A DNA stretch of 64,000 nt. Origin: Rickettsia typhi (GTDB taxonomy: Bacteria > Pseudomonadota > Alphaproteobacteria > Rickettsiales > UBA1997). Under the pieces are notes generated by a model, which saw only the letters and a program-made list of their open reading frames with translations, was not told the origin of the DNA and ran no database searches. Both the position numbers and the translations under genes were made by a program. Numbering within the stretch: position 1 is the stretch's first letter; each line of letters starts with the position of its first letter. Positions 1 to 9,411 of the stretch are shown piece by piece. The stretch is from contig CAMBFC010000002.1 in assembly GCA_945865905.1 (NCBI GenBank), positions 28,333 to 92,332 of the forward strand, read 5' to 3'.

Positions 1-1119
1 AACCACATCACCACCACCAGCAATTGAAAGCAATTTTCCTTCCTTAGTGAGCGAGGCAGCAACCTTTGCAAAACCTTCTGTGCCTAAGTTAAAAGGCTTA
101 ATCTCAAAAGCCCCGAGTGGTCCGTTCCACAATAAAGTTTGATGTTTTTTTAGTGCCTCAGAAAGATCATAAATACTTGCTGAACCAATATCCGCAATGA
201 TTTCATCATCTTGCACATCATCAACTAAAACAGTGCGACAAACTGCATTTTCTTCAAACTTTTTTGTTACCACCACATCCAAAGGCAATAAAATCGAACA
301 TCCGGCCTGTTTTGCTTTTTCAATAATTACCAACACCTCAGGCTTCAAATCCTTCTCGCACAAGGATTTGCCAATGTTTTTTCCCATCGCGTATAAAAAG
401 CTATTAGCCATCCCGCCACCAACCACAAGGCTTTGCGCCTTAAATACCAGCGAGTTCAATAAATCTAATTTAGTAGAAACCTTTGCCCCACCTACAACCG
501 CCATCATCGGCTTCTTGGCGTTTTCTAACAAATTAGTTAAATTATCTAATTCAGCTTCCAGCAAAAACCCGGCGCAAGCTTTGAGAGTAGCAGGAATGCC
601 TACAATTGAAGCATGAGCACGATGCGAACAAGAAAATGCATCATTAACATAAAGATCTCCGAGTCCTGCTAAATCTAGCGCAAAAGCGGGATCATTTTTT
701 GTTTCTTGCTTATAAAAACGCAAATTTTCTAACATTACAACATCGCCATATGCAGCCTCTGATATTGCCGATCTAGGCTTCTCACCAACACAATCATCAA
801 CAAATTTAACTTTTATTGCAGATCCCAAAAGCTCTTGCACCCTTGCCATTAAAGGCTGTAGCGACATTGATTTATCGCCCGATTCAACTCTAGTTTGCGG
901 CGGAAAAGCCCTAATTTGCTCACCCTCCGGCCTGCCAAAATGAGAAATCACAATAATCTTGGCTTTTTGCTCTGCCAAATAGCGCAGCGTAGGAATAATC
1001 GCGCGGATTCGCGTATCATCTTCAATATTACCATTTTGCATCGGCACATTGATATCAACACGCACAATCACATTTTTATTGGCGACAACACAATCTCTTA
1101 ATCTGGTAAAATTTGGCAT
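1..1119 (-). CDS. pgk: phosphoglycerate kinase (3' end runs off the window; first 373 codons present)
   Basis: Absent from the ORF track because there is no stop codon in the window. Hand translation of the reverse strand from the ATG (rc of 1117-1119) gives MPNFTRLRDCVVANKNVIVRVDINVPMQNGNIEDD... and reaches the window edge at ...KEGKLLSIAGGGDVV. These match the PGK N-terminal RVDxNVP and C-terminal GGGD signatures. Confidence 0.9.
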   Translation of the reverse strand, partial: MPNFTRLRDCVVANKNVIVRVDINVPMQNGNIEDDTRIRAIIPTLRYLAEQKAKIIVISHFGRPEGEQIRAFPPQTRVESGDKSMSLQPLMARVQELLGSAIKVKFVDDCVGEKPRSAISEAAYGDVVMLENLRFYKQETKNDPAFALDLAGLGDLYVNDAFSCSHRAHASIVGIPATLKACAGFLLEAELDNLTNLLENAKKPMMAVVGGAKVSTKLDLLNSLVFKAQSLVVGGGMANSFLYAMGKNIGKSLCEKDLKPEVLVIIEKAKQAGCSILLPLDVVVTKKFEENAVCRTVLVDDVQDDEIIADIGSASIYDLSEALKKHQTLLWNGPLGAFEIKPFNLGTEGFAKVAASLTKEGKLLSIAGGGDVV

Positions 1120-1268
1120 TTGTAAAAAAACTTGATTTTTCTAATGATTATTTGTAGAATACACGACCTTCTTTTAGCCACCAACGATTTTTTACTTAAA
1201 AACAATCGTTGCGAGCTAGAGATTGTTGCAATTTCAATTAAAAATTCAACCGAAATTATTCATAAATT

Positions 1269-1463
1269 ATGGGCACGAAGAATAACCCTAAAAATAGAAA
1301 AGCTGTTACAAAAAAACAATATAACGGCAAAGATATTGAGCCAATCCTTTACCAAGGCACCCATGCTGGGCACGGCAGATACATGGCGGCAAAATACGCT
1401 GGCACTGCACAAATCATCGTAAATGCAGCAGGCAAGCCAATGCAATGGGAAGAATTAGTCTAA
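1269..1463 (+). CDS. small hypothetical protein (64 aa, Lys/Gly-rich)
   Basis: ORF whose stop lies 1 nt before the next gene's ATG (TAA-A-ATG), which suggests co-translation. Composition is more G+C-rich than the flanks. I recognise no family. Confidence 0.45.
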   Translation: MGTKNNPKNRKAVTKKQYNGKDIEPILYQGTHAGHGRYMAAKYAGTAQIIVNAAGKPMQWEELV

Positions 1464-1464
1464 A

Positions 1465-2229
1465 ATGCCTGAAGTAATCATCAACGGACCAGCCGGAAGA
1501 ATTGAGGGCAAATATCACCAAAGCACCAACACCAAGGCTCCAGTAGCTTTAGTGTTGCACCCTCACCCACTTCATGGCGGCACCATGAACAACAAAGTTA
1601 CTTACGCAATCTACAAAGCCTTTGTTAATAATGGTTTTTCAGTGTTGCGCGTTAATTCTCGCGGTGTTGGCAAATCACAAGGCAAATTTGATAATGGCGC
1701 GGGAGAGCTTCTTGATGCTACCGCTGTAATGAACTGGCTCCACGATCAAAACATGGAAGCTTCTGATTATTGGGTTGGCGGCTTTTCTTTTGGCGCATGG
1801 ATTGCATTGCAATTAGTTATGCGCAGACCAGAAATTGAAAACTATATTCTAGCCGCACCTCCTGTTACAAAATATGATTTCAATTTTATTGTTCCTTGTA
1901 CTTCATCAGGCCTTGTGGTTCAAGGTGATAAGGATGATATTTCAAAAGAAAGCGATAGCGCAAAATTAGCTGAAAAATTATCCGCTCGCGATGGCGCAGA
2001 AATCACTTACAAAATGATTTCGCAAGCCGATCACTTTTTTAAAGATCAGTTCGAAGAATTTGAAGCACAAATTGATAACTATATTAAAAGCCGCTTAGTG
2101 ATTGATTCGGGCAAAGTTAGAAAAGTTAAGCGGGATAGAAGACGCCGCCGTAAGAAGAAAAATGTTGTGGAGGCGAAGCCAGAACGCAATTATCAACCGG
2201 TGAAATCCCTGTCGTCTTTTGAAAGCTAA
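1465..2229 (+). CDS. alpha/beta hydrolase (COG2945-like) with a poly-basic C-terminal tail
   Basis: N-terminus GRIEGKYH...PVALVLHPHPLHGGTMNNKV, the nucleophile elbow GGFSFGAW, and a late DHFF are typical of this small hydrolase family. A roughly 47-aa tail ([24 protein letters not shown]...) follows the conserved end. Confidence 0.75.
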   Translation: MPEVIINGPAGRIEGKYHQSTNTKAPVALVLHPHPLHGGTMNNKVTYAIYKAFVNNGFSVLRVNSRGVGKSQGKFDNGAGELLDATAVMNWLHDQNMEASDYWVGGFSFGAWIALQLVMRRPEIENYILAAPPVTKYDFNFIVPCTSSGLVVQGDKDDISKESDSAKLAEKLSARDGAEITYKMISQADHFFKDQFEEFEAQIDNYIKSRLVIDSGKVRKVKRDRRRRRKKKNVVEAKPERNYQPVKSLSSFES

Positions 2230-3286
2230 TCGGCAATTTTAGCAATCTTCTAATTGCTAAAAAAGCAAAGGCCTCTGCCTCAATCGCATCACCATTAAAT
2301 CCCAGATCATCAATAGAAAGAACCTCAACATCTACAAGGTATTTTTTCATTTTACCCATTATTGCAACATTTTTTCTGCCGCCACCGCAAACAAAAATTG
2401 CCTTTGGTCTAAATCCAGACTGTTGTGATAAAAATTCGAGATTAATTTGAACAACTTTGGCGTGCATATAAGCAAAAGTTGCCAGAGCGTCTTCAATTTT
2501 TAAACTATTAATTGGGGCCAATAGTTCAGAAAAATCATCACGATCAAACGATTTTGGCGGCTTCTTGCTAAAAATATCATCACACAAAATACGATCAGCG
2601 AGAATCAAATCAACTTTTCCATTCTTAGATAATTCACCATCTCTATCAAAATCTAAATTGAGTTTTTTCTTGATTAAATCATCAAAGGGAGCGTTGCCAA
2701 AGCAAATATCAAAAGCCTCAACATCACTTTCTTGGTCTCCAGCAAAATAAGTTATATTGCTAATACCGCCAATATTTAAAACCATCACTGGCTTTTTTTG
2801 ATTACGCAAAAGATAGAAATGATAAATTGGCACAAGAGGCGCGCCTTGGCCACCAAAAGCAACATCACGATTACGAAAATCAGCAACAATATTAATGCCG
2901 GTTTTTGCTGCTAATAATTCTGGATTGCCAATTTGCCAAGTGCTTTGATGCTCTGGAGCATGTAGAATTGTATGTCCATGAAAAGCAATCGCATCTATTT
3001 CTTTACGATCAATTTTATTTTTTTCCAAAAAGTCATTAACTATTTTTGCATTAAGCAAGGTTAATTCATTTTCTGCAAGCTTGATTTCTTGAAGGGTTGG
3101 GGCGCCATAAATTAGGTGCTGTAGAGATTTTTTAAAAGCTGGCGTATAAGAGGTATAAGAAAAATTTTTACGCTCAATAAAATCGGCACCATCACTGCGA
3201 ATTAAAGCCAGATCAGTTCCATCCATTGATGTTCCGCTCATCAAACCGATTGTGGTATAAATTTTGCGACGCTCTTGACTAGACAT
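2126..3286 (-). CDS. anmK: anhydro-N-acetylmuramic acid kinase
   Basis: [15 protein letters not shown] near the N-terminus, [18 protein letters not shown], and a C-terminal ...TTG...GGVFYPA. I place the start at MSSQERRK (ATG = rc of 3284-3286) rather than at the track's upstream Met at 3346. Confidence 0.85.
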   Translation of the reverse strand: MSSQERRKIYTTIGLMSGTSMDGTDLALIRSDGADFIERKNFSYTSYTPAFKKSLQHLIYGAPTLQEIKLAENELTLLNAKIVNDFLEKNKIDRKEIDAIAFHGHTILHAPEHQSTWQIGNPELLAAKTGINIVADFRNRDVAFGGQGAPLVPIYHFYLLRNQKKPVMVLNIGGISNITYFAGDQESDVEAFDICFGNAPFDDLIKKKLNLDFDRDGELSKNGKVDLILADRILCDDIFSKKPPKSFDRDDFSELLAPINSLKIEDALATFAYMHAKVVQINLEFLSQQSGFRPKAIFVCGGGRKNVAIMGKMKKYLVDVEVLSIDDLGFNGDAIEAEAFAFLAIRRLLKLPISFQKTTGISPVDNCVLASPPQHFSSYGGVFYPA

Positions 3287-4070
3287 TGGCAATTTTTTGA
3301 ATTTTATCAATGAGATTAACAAAAGTATCAGTGGCATAATTATCATGCTGACCTTGTATCAAAGAAGTAACTCGCTCTAAGCCCATCCCCGTATCAATGC
3401 AAGGCTTCGGCAATGGTATCATTTTGCCAGTAGCTGTTTTTTCGAATTGCATAAAAACCAAATTCCATATTTCAATAAAACGATCGCCATCCTGATCTTT
3501 GCTTCCTGGGGGGCCACCAAATATTTTATCTCCATGATCATAGAAAATTTCAGAACAAGGTCCACAAGGACCTGTATCACCCATTGACCAAAAATTATCA
3601 TCGGTAGAAATGCGAATTATTTTTTTATCTGCGAGACCAGCGATTTTTTTCCACAAATTAGCCGCCTCATCATCGTTATGATAGACCGTTACAAGCAGTT
3701 TATCTCTACTGATTTCAAGCTCTTTAGTTAGAAATTCCCATGCAAAAAAAATTGCCTCTTCTTTAAAGTAATCACCAAAAGAAAAATTTCCCAACATTTC
3801 AAAAAATGTATGGTGACGCGCCGTGAAGCCAACATTGTCAAGATCGTTATGCTTGCCACCAGCTCGCACACATTTTTGCGCAGTGACTGCGCGTTTAAAT
3901 TTAGGAACCTCAACGCCGGTGAAATAATTTTTAAATTGATTCATCCCCGCATTGGTGAACATTAGCGTGGGATCGTTGTAGGGAATTAGAGAGCTAGAAG
4001 TGACTATTTCATGACCATTATGGGCGAAATAGTCAAGAAATTTTGCACGAATTTGATTTGTTGTAAGCAC
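3279..4070 (-). CDS. alaS: alanyl-tRNA synthetase, catalytic (aminoacylation) domain only; ORF ends at residue 263
   Basis: GTG start. [23 protein letters not shown]..., [72 protein letters not shown] and DTGMGLERV are all canonical AlaRS N-terminal motifs. The stop (TAG) lies inside ATGTCTAG, which is shared with the anmK start. Confidence 0.85.
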   Translation of the reverse strand: MLTTNQIRAKFLDYFAHNGHEIVTSSSLIPYNDPTLMFTNAGMNQFKNYFTGVEVPKFKRAVTAQKCVRAGGKHNDLDNVGFTARHHTFFEMLGNFSFGDYFKEEAIFFAWEFLTKELEISRDKLLVTVYHNDDEAANLWKKIAGLADKKIIRISTDDNFWSMGDTGPCGPCSEIFYDHGDKIFGGPPGSKDQDGDRFIEIWNLVFMQFEKTATGKMIPLPKPCIDTGMGLERVTSLIQGQHDNYATDTFVNLIDKIQKIANV

Positions 4071-4194
4071 AAAGAATACATTAAATGGATACCGATGGCA
4101 AAGTCAACTAAAGGATTACAGTGCGCGAGCAGCGTTGCATAAGTAAAGAAAAAGCAAATTCAGCCGCGTCAGAAGTATATAGTTAATAAAAAAA

Positions 4195-4271
4195 TGGTGG
4201 GTCTGGGAGGACTTGAACCTCCGACCTCGCACTTATCAGGCGCGCACTCTAACCAACTGAGCTACAGACCC
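4195..4271 (-). tRNA. tRNA-Ile (anticodon GAU), CCA encoded
   Basis: rc = GGGTCTGTAGCTCAGTTGGTTAGAGTGCGCGCCTGATAAGTGCGAGGTCGGAGGTTCAAGTCCTCCCAGACCCACCA. Hand-folded cloverleaf: acceptor stem GGGTCTG/CAGACCC, T arm GGAGG-TTCAAGT-CCTCC, anticodon stem CGCGC/GTGCG, anticodon loop CTGATAA. Confidence 0.9.
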
Positions 4272-4281
4272 ATTTTTTTAA

Positions 4282-4818
4282 TTACTCAAATTTAACATCA
4301 ATTTTAGTAACTTTTTTGTTCAATTTTTCCAAAACTTCAGCAGAAATATCAAGGCTATCCGCCGAAAATACAACTTGTGAGGAAGGAATAATCAAATTCA
4401 ATTGTTTTTCTTTGGCAATTTCGCTAATGATATCTTTCATTTTATCGTTAACTTTTGCCATTGAATCAGCTGAAGCTTTTTTCAAACTAGCTTGTCTTTT
4501 TTCAACAAGTTCTTTTAGGGCATCAATTTTTTTCTCGAATGTCTTTTGTTCTTTTTCTAGACCCTCTTTTGAGAAAGTGCTTTTTTTAGCTTCAAGCTTT
4601 TTTTGTTCAGATTCTAGTTTAGCTTGCTCTTTAGTTATTTCTTTTTGAAATTCATCTTGTTTTTTACTAACTTTAGCTTGTATATCATGAACCGCCTTTG
4701 ATTCTTTAGCAATTTTTTCTATATCCAGAACCGCAACATCACCAGCGAAAGACGCAGTTGAATTAAGCATAAAACTTGCAACGGCAGCCAGTAATGTAAT
4801 TTTTAATTTATTTTTCAT
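4282..4818 (-). CDS. skp: OmpH/Skp-family periplasmic chaperone
   Basis: Signal peptide MKNKLKITLLAAVASFMLNSTASFA followed by a long Lys/Glu/Gln-rich coiled-coil body. Size and composition are typical of Skp. Confidence 0.8.
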   Translation of the reverse strand: MKNKLKITLLAAVASFMLNSTASFAGDVAVLDIEKIAKESKAVHDIQAKVSKKQDEFQKEITKEQAKLESEQKKLEAKKSTFSKEGLEKEQKTFEKKIDALKELVEKRQASLKKASADSMAKVNDKMKDIISEIAKEKQLNLIIPSSQVVFSADSLDISAEVLEKLNKKVTKIDVKFE

Positions 4819-5039
4819 ACTCTTGAGTATATTTAGTTAATTGGTGGTGATTCCAGTTATTTATATTTAACCTTCTATAAATTTTTTTTGCCCTCACCAC
4901 TAAAAGTTTGCAACAAAAAAATATAATAACTCATAATTTAATCAGTACTTTTTATTTTACAACTTGTAATTTGATCAAATAGTGTGTAGTTTTATAACAA
5001 TATTATCGCGAATTAACTGCGAATAACCATAGATAAACA

Positions 5040-5630
5040 ATGAAAAAGACAAACCTACAGGCGCGCCCTTCACAAAAACAGGCTGAGGAAGCTGTTAAAA
5101 CATTAATTTCTTGGGCCGGCGATAATCCTGAGCGCGAAGGATTGCTAGATACTCCAAAGCGCGTAGTTGAAGCTTATCGCGAGTTTTTTGCTGGCTATGA
5201 TGTTGATCCTCGTCAAGTTCTAAGCAAAACTTTTGAAGAAGTTGAAAAATATGACGATATCGTTCTACTTAAAAATATGCGCCTAGAATCACACTGCGAG
5301 CATCACATGGTGCCTTTTGTTGGCAAGGCTCATATCGCTTACATTCCTAACAAAAAAGTAGTTGGAATTAGCAAAATAGCGCGCTTACTCGATATTTTTT
5401 CTAAGCGCCTGCAAACACAAGAAACCATGACTTCACAAATTGCTGACATAATGGATGAGGTTCTCAAGCCTAAAGGAGTAGCAATTTTAATAGACGCCGA
5501 ACATCAATGCATGACAACTCGCGGTATTCACAAGTTTGGAACTACGACAATTACTAAAAAAATGACTGGCCTTTTCAAAAGCGACATTGAAATGGAAAGG
5601 CGCTTTTTGACCATGATTTCTCTTGATTAG
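5040..5630 (+). CDS. folE: GTP cyclohydrolase I
   Basis: LLDTPKRVVEAYREFF and SHCEHHMVPFVGKAHIAYIP (the FolE zinc/active-site motif). Confidence 0.92.
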   Translation: MKKTNLQARPSQKQAEEAVKTLISWAGDNPEREGLLDTPKRVVEAYREFFAGYDVDPRQVLSKTFEEVEKYDDIVLLKNMRLESHCEHHMVPFVGKAHIAYIPNKKVVGISKIARLLDIFSKRLQTQETMTSQIADIMDEVLKPKGVAILIDAEHQCMTTRGIHKFGTTTITKKMTGLFKSDIEMERRFLTMISLD

Positions 5631-5642
5631 CTAAATTTAGCG

Positions 5643-6248
5643 ATGCAATTTTTGCAACAAAATAAACATTTTATTCTGGCTTCAACCTCTGCGGTTCGAA
5701 AACAAATTCTTCAAGATGCAATGCTTGATTTTGAAGCAATTGCGCCACTTTTTGATGAAGAGAAAAGCAAGTTAGAAAATTCTCACCTCACCATTGCTCA
5801 GCTTGCGATCTTTCTTGCTGAAGGTAAGGCGCTATCCATTTCACAAATTCATAACAATGCCCTAGTTATAGGTTCCGATCAAATTTGCGAGCTCAATTGC
5901 AAGGCCATCGATAAATCAAAAAATGCTGAAGATGCAATTGCGCAATTAACAAATTTTAGCGGACAAACTCATTATCAAAACAACGCCACAGTTGTTGCAA
6001 AAAATGGTAAAATTATTTTTCGAAAAATCTCGCGCGTTAAATTAAAAATGCGTAAAATTTCTGCTAACGACATTCAATCTTATGTTAGCACAGATAAGCC
6101 ATGGGGATGCGCTGGAAGCTATAAGTATGAATCGCTCGGCAAGCATTTATTTGAAAAAATATCTGGCGATTATCACTCTATTTTAGGATTAAATTTACAA
6201 CCTTTGCTAAACTTTTTGCATCGAAAAAAATATATCAATATATCATAA
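5643..6248 (+). CDS. maf: Maf-like nucleoside triphosphate pyrophosphatase
   Basis: ILASTSAVRKQIL N-terminus, GSDQ motif, WGCAGSYKYES; about 200 aa. Confidence 0.85.
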   Translation: MQFLQQNKHFILASTSAVRKQILQDAMLDFEAIAPLFDEEKSKLENSHLTIAQLAIFLAEGKALSISQIHNNALVIGSDQICELNCKAIDKSKNAEDAIAQLTNFSGQTHYQNNATVVAKNGKIIFRKISRVKLKMRKISANDIQSYVSTDKPWGCAGSYKYESLGKHLFEKISGDYHSILGLNLQPLLNFLHRKKYINIS

Positions 6249-6253
6249 ATTTT

Positions 6254-6976
6254 ATGGAACTTTTTGTTGGTTACGATCTAATTTTTAGCCTTGCAACCCT
6301 TACATTTTTAGAAATTATTCTTGGCATTGATAACCTTATTTTTATTTCACTCGTCACTTATAAATTACCAAAAAAATCTCGCAATAAGGCGCGAATTTTT
6401 GGTTTGTCGTTAGCTTTAGTGATTCGCGTTTTGATGCTGTTGGCATTGTCTTGGATCATGACCCTTACTGATCCTCTTTTTTATTTAGCGGGCCACCCTT
6501 TTTCGTTTAAAAATTTCTTATTAATTTCTGGTGGATTATTTTTAATTGTAAAAAGTTCTTACGAAATCGCTCAGGATGTTTTTTTTCACAAAGATCACGG
6601 CAGCAAGGATCCAAAGAATCATAGCGAAGATAAAAAAACCATTTTTGCCGCTATCTTGCAAATAACCTTGATTGATTTTATTTTTTCTTTTGATTCAGTA
6701 ATCACTGCCGTAGCAATGACCAACAATATTCCGATCATGGTTTCTGCTATCGTAATTGCAATGATTATTATGCTGTTTTCATCCGAAAAAATCAGTGGTT
6801 TTTTAGCAGAATATCCTTCACTAAAAATACTTGCCCTTGCCTTTATTTTTATGGTTGGCGCAATATTGCTAGCGGATGGCTTTAACTTACATATCTCCAA
6901 AACATATCTTTACTTCTCGCTATTTTTTACTTTAACAATTGAAGTTTTAAATATTATTGCGCGAAAAAAGCATTAG
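6254..6976 (+). CDS. TerC-family integral membrane protein
   Basis: Multi-pass membrane protein with LEIILGIDNLIFISL and FSFDSVITAVAMT (the paired TerC DN/DS motifs). Confidence 0.8.
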   Translation: MELFVGYDLIFSLATLTFLEIILGIDNLIFISLVTYKLPKKSRNKARIFGLSLALVIRVLMLLALSWIMTLTDPLFYLAGHPFSFKNFLLISGGLFLIVKSSYEIAQDVFFHKDHGSKDPKNHSEDKKTIFAAILQITLIDFIFSFDSVITAVAMTNNIPIMVSAIVIAMIIMLFSSEKISGFLAEYPSLKILALAFIFMVGAILLADGFNLHISKTYLYFSLFFTLTIEVLNIIARKKH

Positions 6977-7067
6977 GGAAGAACTGTTAAATTTTTTTTT
7001 AACAGCTTCCTAGACTTTATAAAAATCCTCGCCATCATTGCGACATAACTTTAATAAAAATTTAACC

Positions 7068-7637
7068 ATGAAATTAATCTCTAAAATATTAATAACCACG
7101 ATAACTCTGGCCAACCTTACATCTTGCCAGCTTTTGCAGAATATCGGTTCATCTAAAAATAAAACACTTACTCCCGTTGATTATCTTGAAAAAGCACCAA
7201 AACTTGATGTTAAAAGTTTTTTTACTGGAGATTTAGAGGGTTTTGCTATTTTGCTAAATTCACAAGAAAAAATTGATACTAGTTTCACTGCAAAAATTAA
7301 CGGAAAGTGGGAGGAAAGCCGCGGCACCGTACAATATAATTATTTATATAATGGTGGCAAAAAAGATAGTCGTACTTGGCTTATAACAATCGATGATTCA
7401 TCTTCTTATAGCGCTATTGGTCATGATTTTATTGAAACGGCACAAGGTCGCAACCATGGAAATGCATCAATTGTTAATTATGGCCTAAACACAGTTTTTA
7501 AAGAACAAAAACAACGCCTTGATTTTGAGGATCAGTTTTATTTGGTTGATGAAAAATCTGCGATAGTTATTTCTACAATGAGAATTGCCGGAAACATAGT
7601 TGCCAAGGCAATTATTTCTTTGAAAAAAATCAACTAA
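7068..7637 (+). CDS. DUF3833-like lipoprotein
   Basis: Start moved to the ATG at 7068. Lipobox LTSC in MKLISKILITTITLANLTSCQ. The FFTGDLEGFA...W...R.W architecture resembles DUF3833. Confidence 0.6.
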   Translation: MKLISKILITTITLANLTSCQLLQNIGSSKNKTLTPVDYLEKAPKLDVKSFFTGDLEGFAILLNSQEKIDTSFTAKINGKWEESRGTVQYNYLYNGGKKDSRTWLITIDDSSSYSAIGHDFIETAQGRNHGNASIVNYGLNTVFKEQKQRLDFEDQFYLVDEKSAIVISTMRIAGNIVAKAIISLKKIN

Positions 7638-7640
7638 ATC

Positions 7641-8621
7641 ATGCATAAACATATTTTTTTCTCTTACGCTTTTGATAATGAGAGCAACGCACACAAGCTT
7701 CACAATGCAGAAGTGGCACAAGAGTTAAAAAATGATGGCTTAGCATGGATTCATCTTGATGGCAATAGTGCTCTATCTAAAAAATGGCTAGAGCGCGAGG
7801 TTTCTTATCTTGATCACCTTATTATTGATGCGCTTTTTGCTGAAGAGGCTCGCCCAAGAATCATTGAATTTGAAAATGGCCTATTGATAATTTTGCGCGG
7901 GATCAACCTTGATGCAACGCCTGAAGAGTTAGAAGACATGGCATCCATTCGTTTGTGGGTTGATAATTCGCGGATTATTTCTATTCAAAAACGCAATTTT
8001 AGCGCTATTTTTAATGTTGCCAAAAAAATTGATGCTGGCAAAAAAATTAAAACCTCTCCAGAATTTTTGTATAATTTAATTTATGAAAATTTATTACTAA
8101 TTTCACCAGAAATCAACAAACTCAATGATGAAATGGATGTTGTTGAGTCTACAATGCCTCAAAATGACTACGATAACAGATCTTTGCGTGAGTTGGTAAC
8201 TTCTATTAGAAGAAAGGTTGCAATTTTTAAACGCTATATTCTTCCGCAAAAAGATGTTTTATCTCATCTAAAATCGCATGATAGCGATTGGATTAACGAT
8301 TGGGCAAGAAGACATTTTCAAGAAAATCACGATCACATTACTCACATAATAGAAGAGTTAGATGAGGCGCGTGACCGCTCGCAAATTGTGCACGAAGAAA
8401 TTTCTAATGCTATAGCCGACAGACTAAATCGCAGTATGTTTAAAATTTCTTTGATTGCTTCAATCTTTATGCCACTTGGATTTATTGCTGGATTATTTGG
8501 GATGAATGTAGGTGGAGTTCCTGGTGGCGACAATCCTGATGGATTTTATATTACTCTATTTTTTATGATTGTCTCGCTTGGAATAATTTTTCTGATATTT
8601 AAAAGAAAAAAGTGGTTTTAG
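7641..8621 (+). CDS. zntB: CorA-superfamily divalent cation transporter, ZntB-like
   Basis: Two C-terminal TM helices flank GMNVGGVPG (GMN-type signature). Soluble N-terminal domain of about 250 aa. Confidence 0.8.
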   Translation: MHKHIFFSYAFDNESNAHKLHNAEVAQELKNDGLAWIHLDGNSALSKKWLEREVSYLDHLIIDALFAEEARPRIIEFENGLLIILRGINLDATPEELEDMASIRLWVDNSRIISIQKRNFSAIFNVAKKIDAGKKIKTSPEFLYNLIYENLLLISPEINKLNDEMDVVESTMPQNDYDNRSLRELVTSIRRKVAIFKRYILPQKDVLSHLKSHDSDWINDWARRHFQENHDHITHIIEELDEARDRSQIVHEEISNAIADRLNRSMFKISLIASIFMPLGFIAGLFGMNVGGVPGGDNPDGFYITLFFMIVSLGIIFLIFKRKKWF

Positions 8622-8667
8622 ATTTTAGCGAAATTAAAACCCATCAATAACAATCACCTATATTTTA

Positions 8668-9411
8668 TTAACAATTTTTGAGCGCAGCCTCAATGCTGGA
8701 ACGACTTGATGGTCTAAATTTTTTTTCTACAAAAACAAATTTTTCTAAAAAATAGCCGCTTAGCTTTAATCCCTCACGCAAATGCTCATACTCAATATTG
8801 CCGCTATTACTAAAATCTGTAAGCAAAAATGGTGGCAGCTTTAATAAAAGATTTTCATATGGCTTTCCGATATCAAATGAAACGGCTCGCGCTGATTTTG
8901 GTGAAACAAAAACTAAATCAATAGCTGAATTTGTAACCGCACAAGAAGACAGATCGAGTCCATATCCCAGTGTCTTCAAAATTTTTAATTCAATTTTGAT
9001 GTAATCACGAATAAAACATTTTTTACCTTCTTGATCTTGATAAATTTTAAGCAAAAAATCATGAATTTTAACAAAAAGATTAAAATGATTTTCGCGCTCT
9101 AAAAAACAGTTTTCTATTATATAAAATAGTGAACTGCAACAGCTTAGCTTGAGGCGATCAAAAATGATTTGTGCCGCAAAAGATTTAATTAAATCAGGAT
9201 AGTAGAAATGCCCCAACCCCTCTTCATTTCTAGATCGCCATTCAAAAGAAATTAGATTGCCTATTTGAAAAATTGCTTGATTTTTTTTAGATTTTGGCGC
9301 ACTAACAAAACCAGAGTAAATCCCGTGATTTTGTGTAAAAATTTTTACAATCGCAGAATTTTCGCTGTAACTTTTTTGACTAACAATGATTCCAATATCA
9401 GTGAACTTCAT
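8668..9411 (-). CDS. recO: DNA repair protein RecO
   Basis: N-terminal OB-fold-like region (IGIIVSQKSYSENSAIVKIFTQNHGIYSGFV), a size of 247 aa, and a position downstream of miaA. Confidence 0.8.
   Translation of the reverse strand: MKFTDIGIIVSQKSYSENSAIVKIFTQNHGIYSGFVSAPKSKKNQAIFQIGNLISFEWRSRNEEGLGHFYYPDLIKSFAAQIIFDRLKLSCCSSLFYIIENCFLERENHFNLFVKIHDFLLKIYQDQEGKKCFIRDYIKIELKILKTLGYGLDLSSCAVTNSAIDLVFVSPKSARAVSFDIGKPYENLLLKLPPFLLTDFSNSGNIEYEHLREGLKLSGYFLEKFVFVEKKFRPSSRSSIEAALKNC

Noticed and set aside
197-1101. Plus-strand ORFs 197-616 (139 aa) and 895-1101 (68 aa).
   Set aside because: They lie antisense to a clearly recognisable pgk reading frame and have low-complexity, family-less translations. 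They are shadow ORFs.
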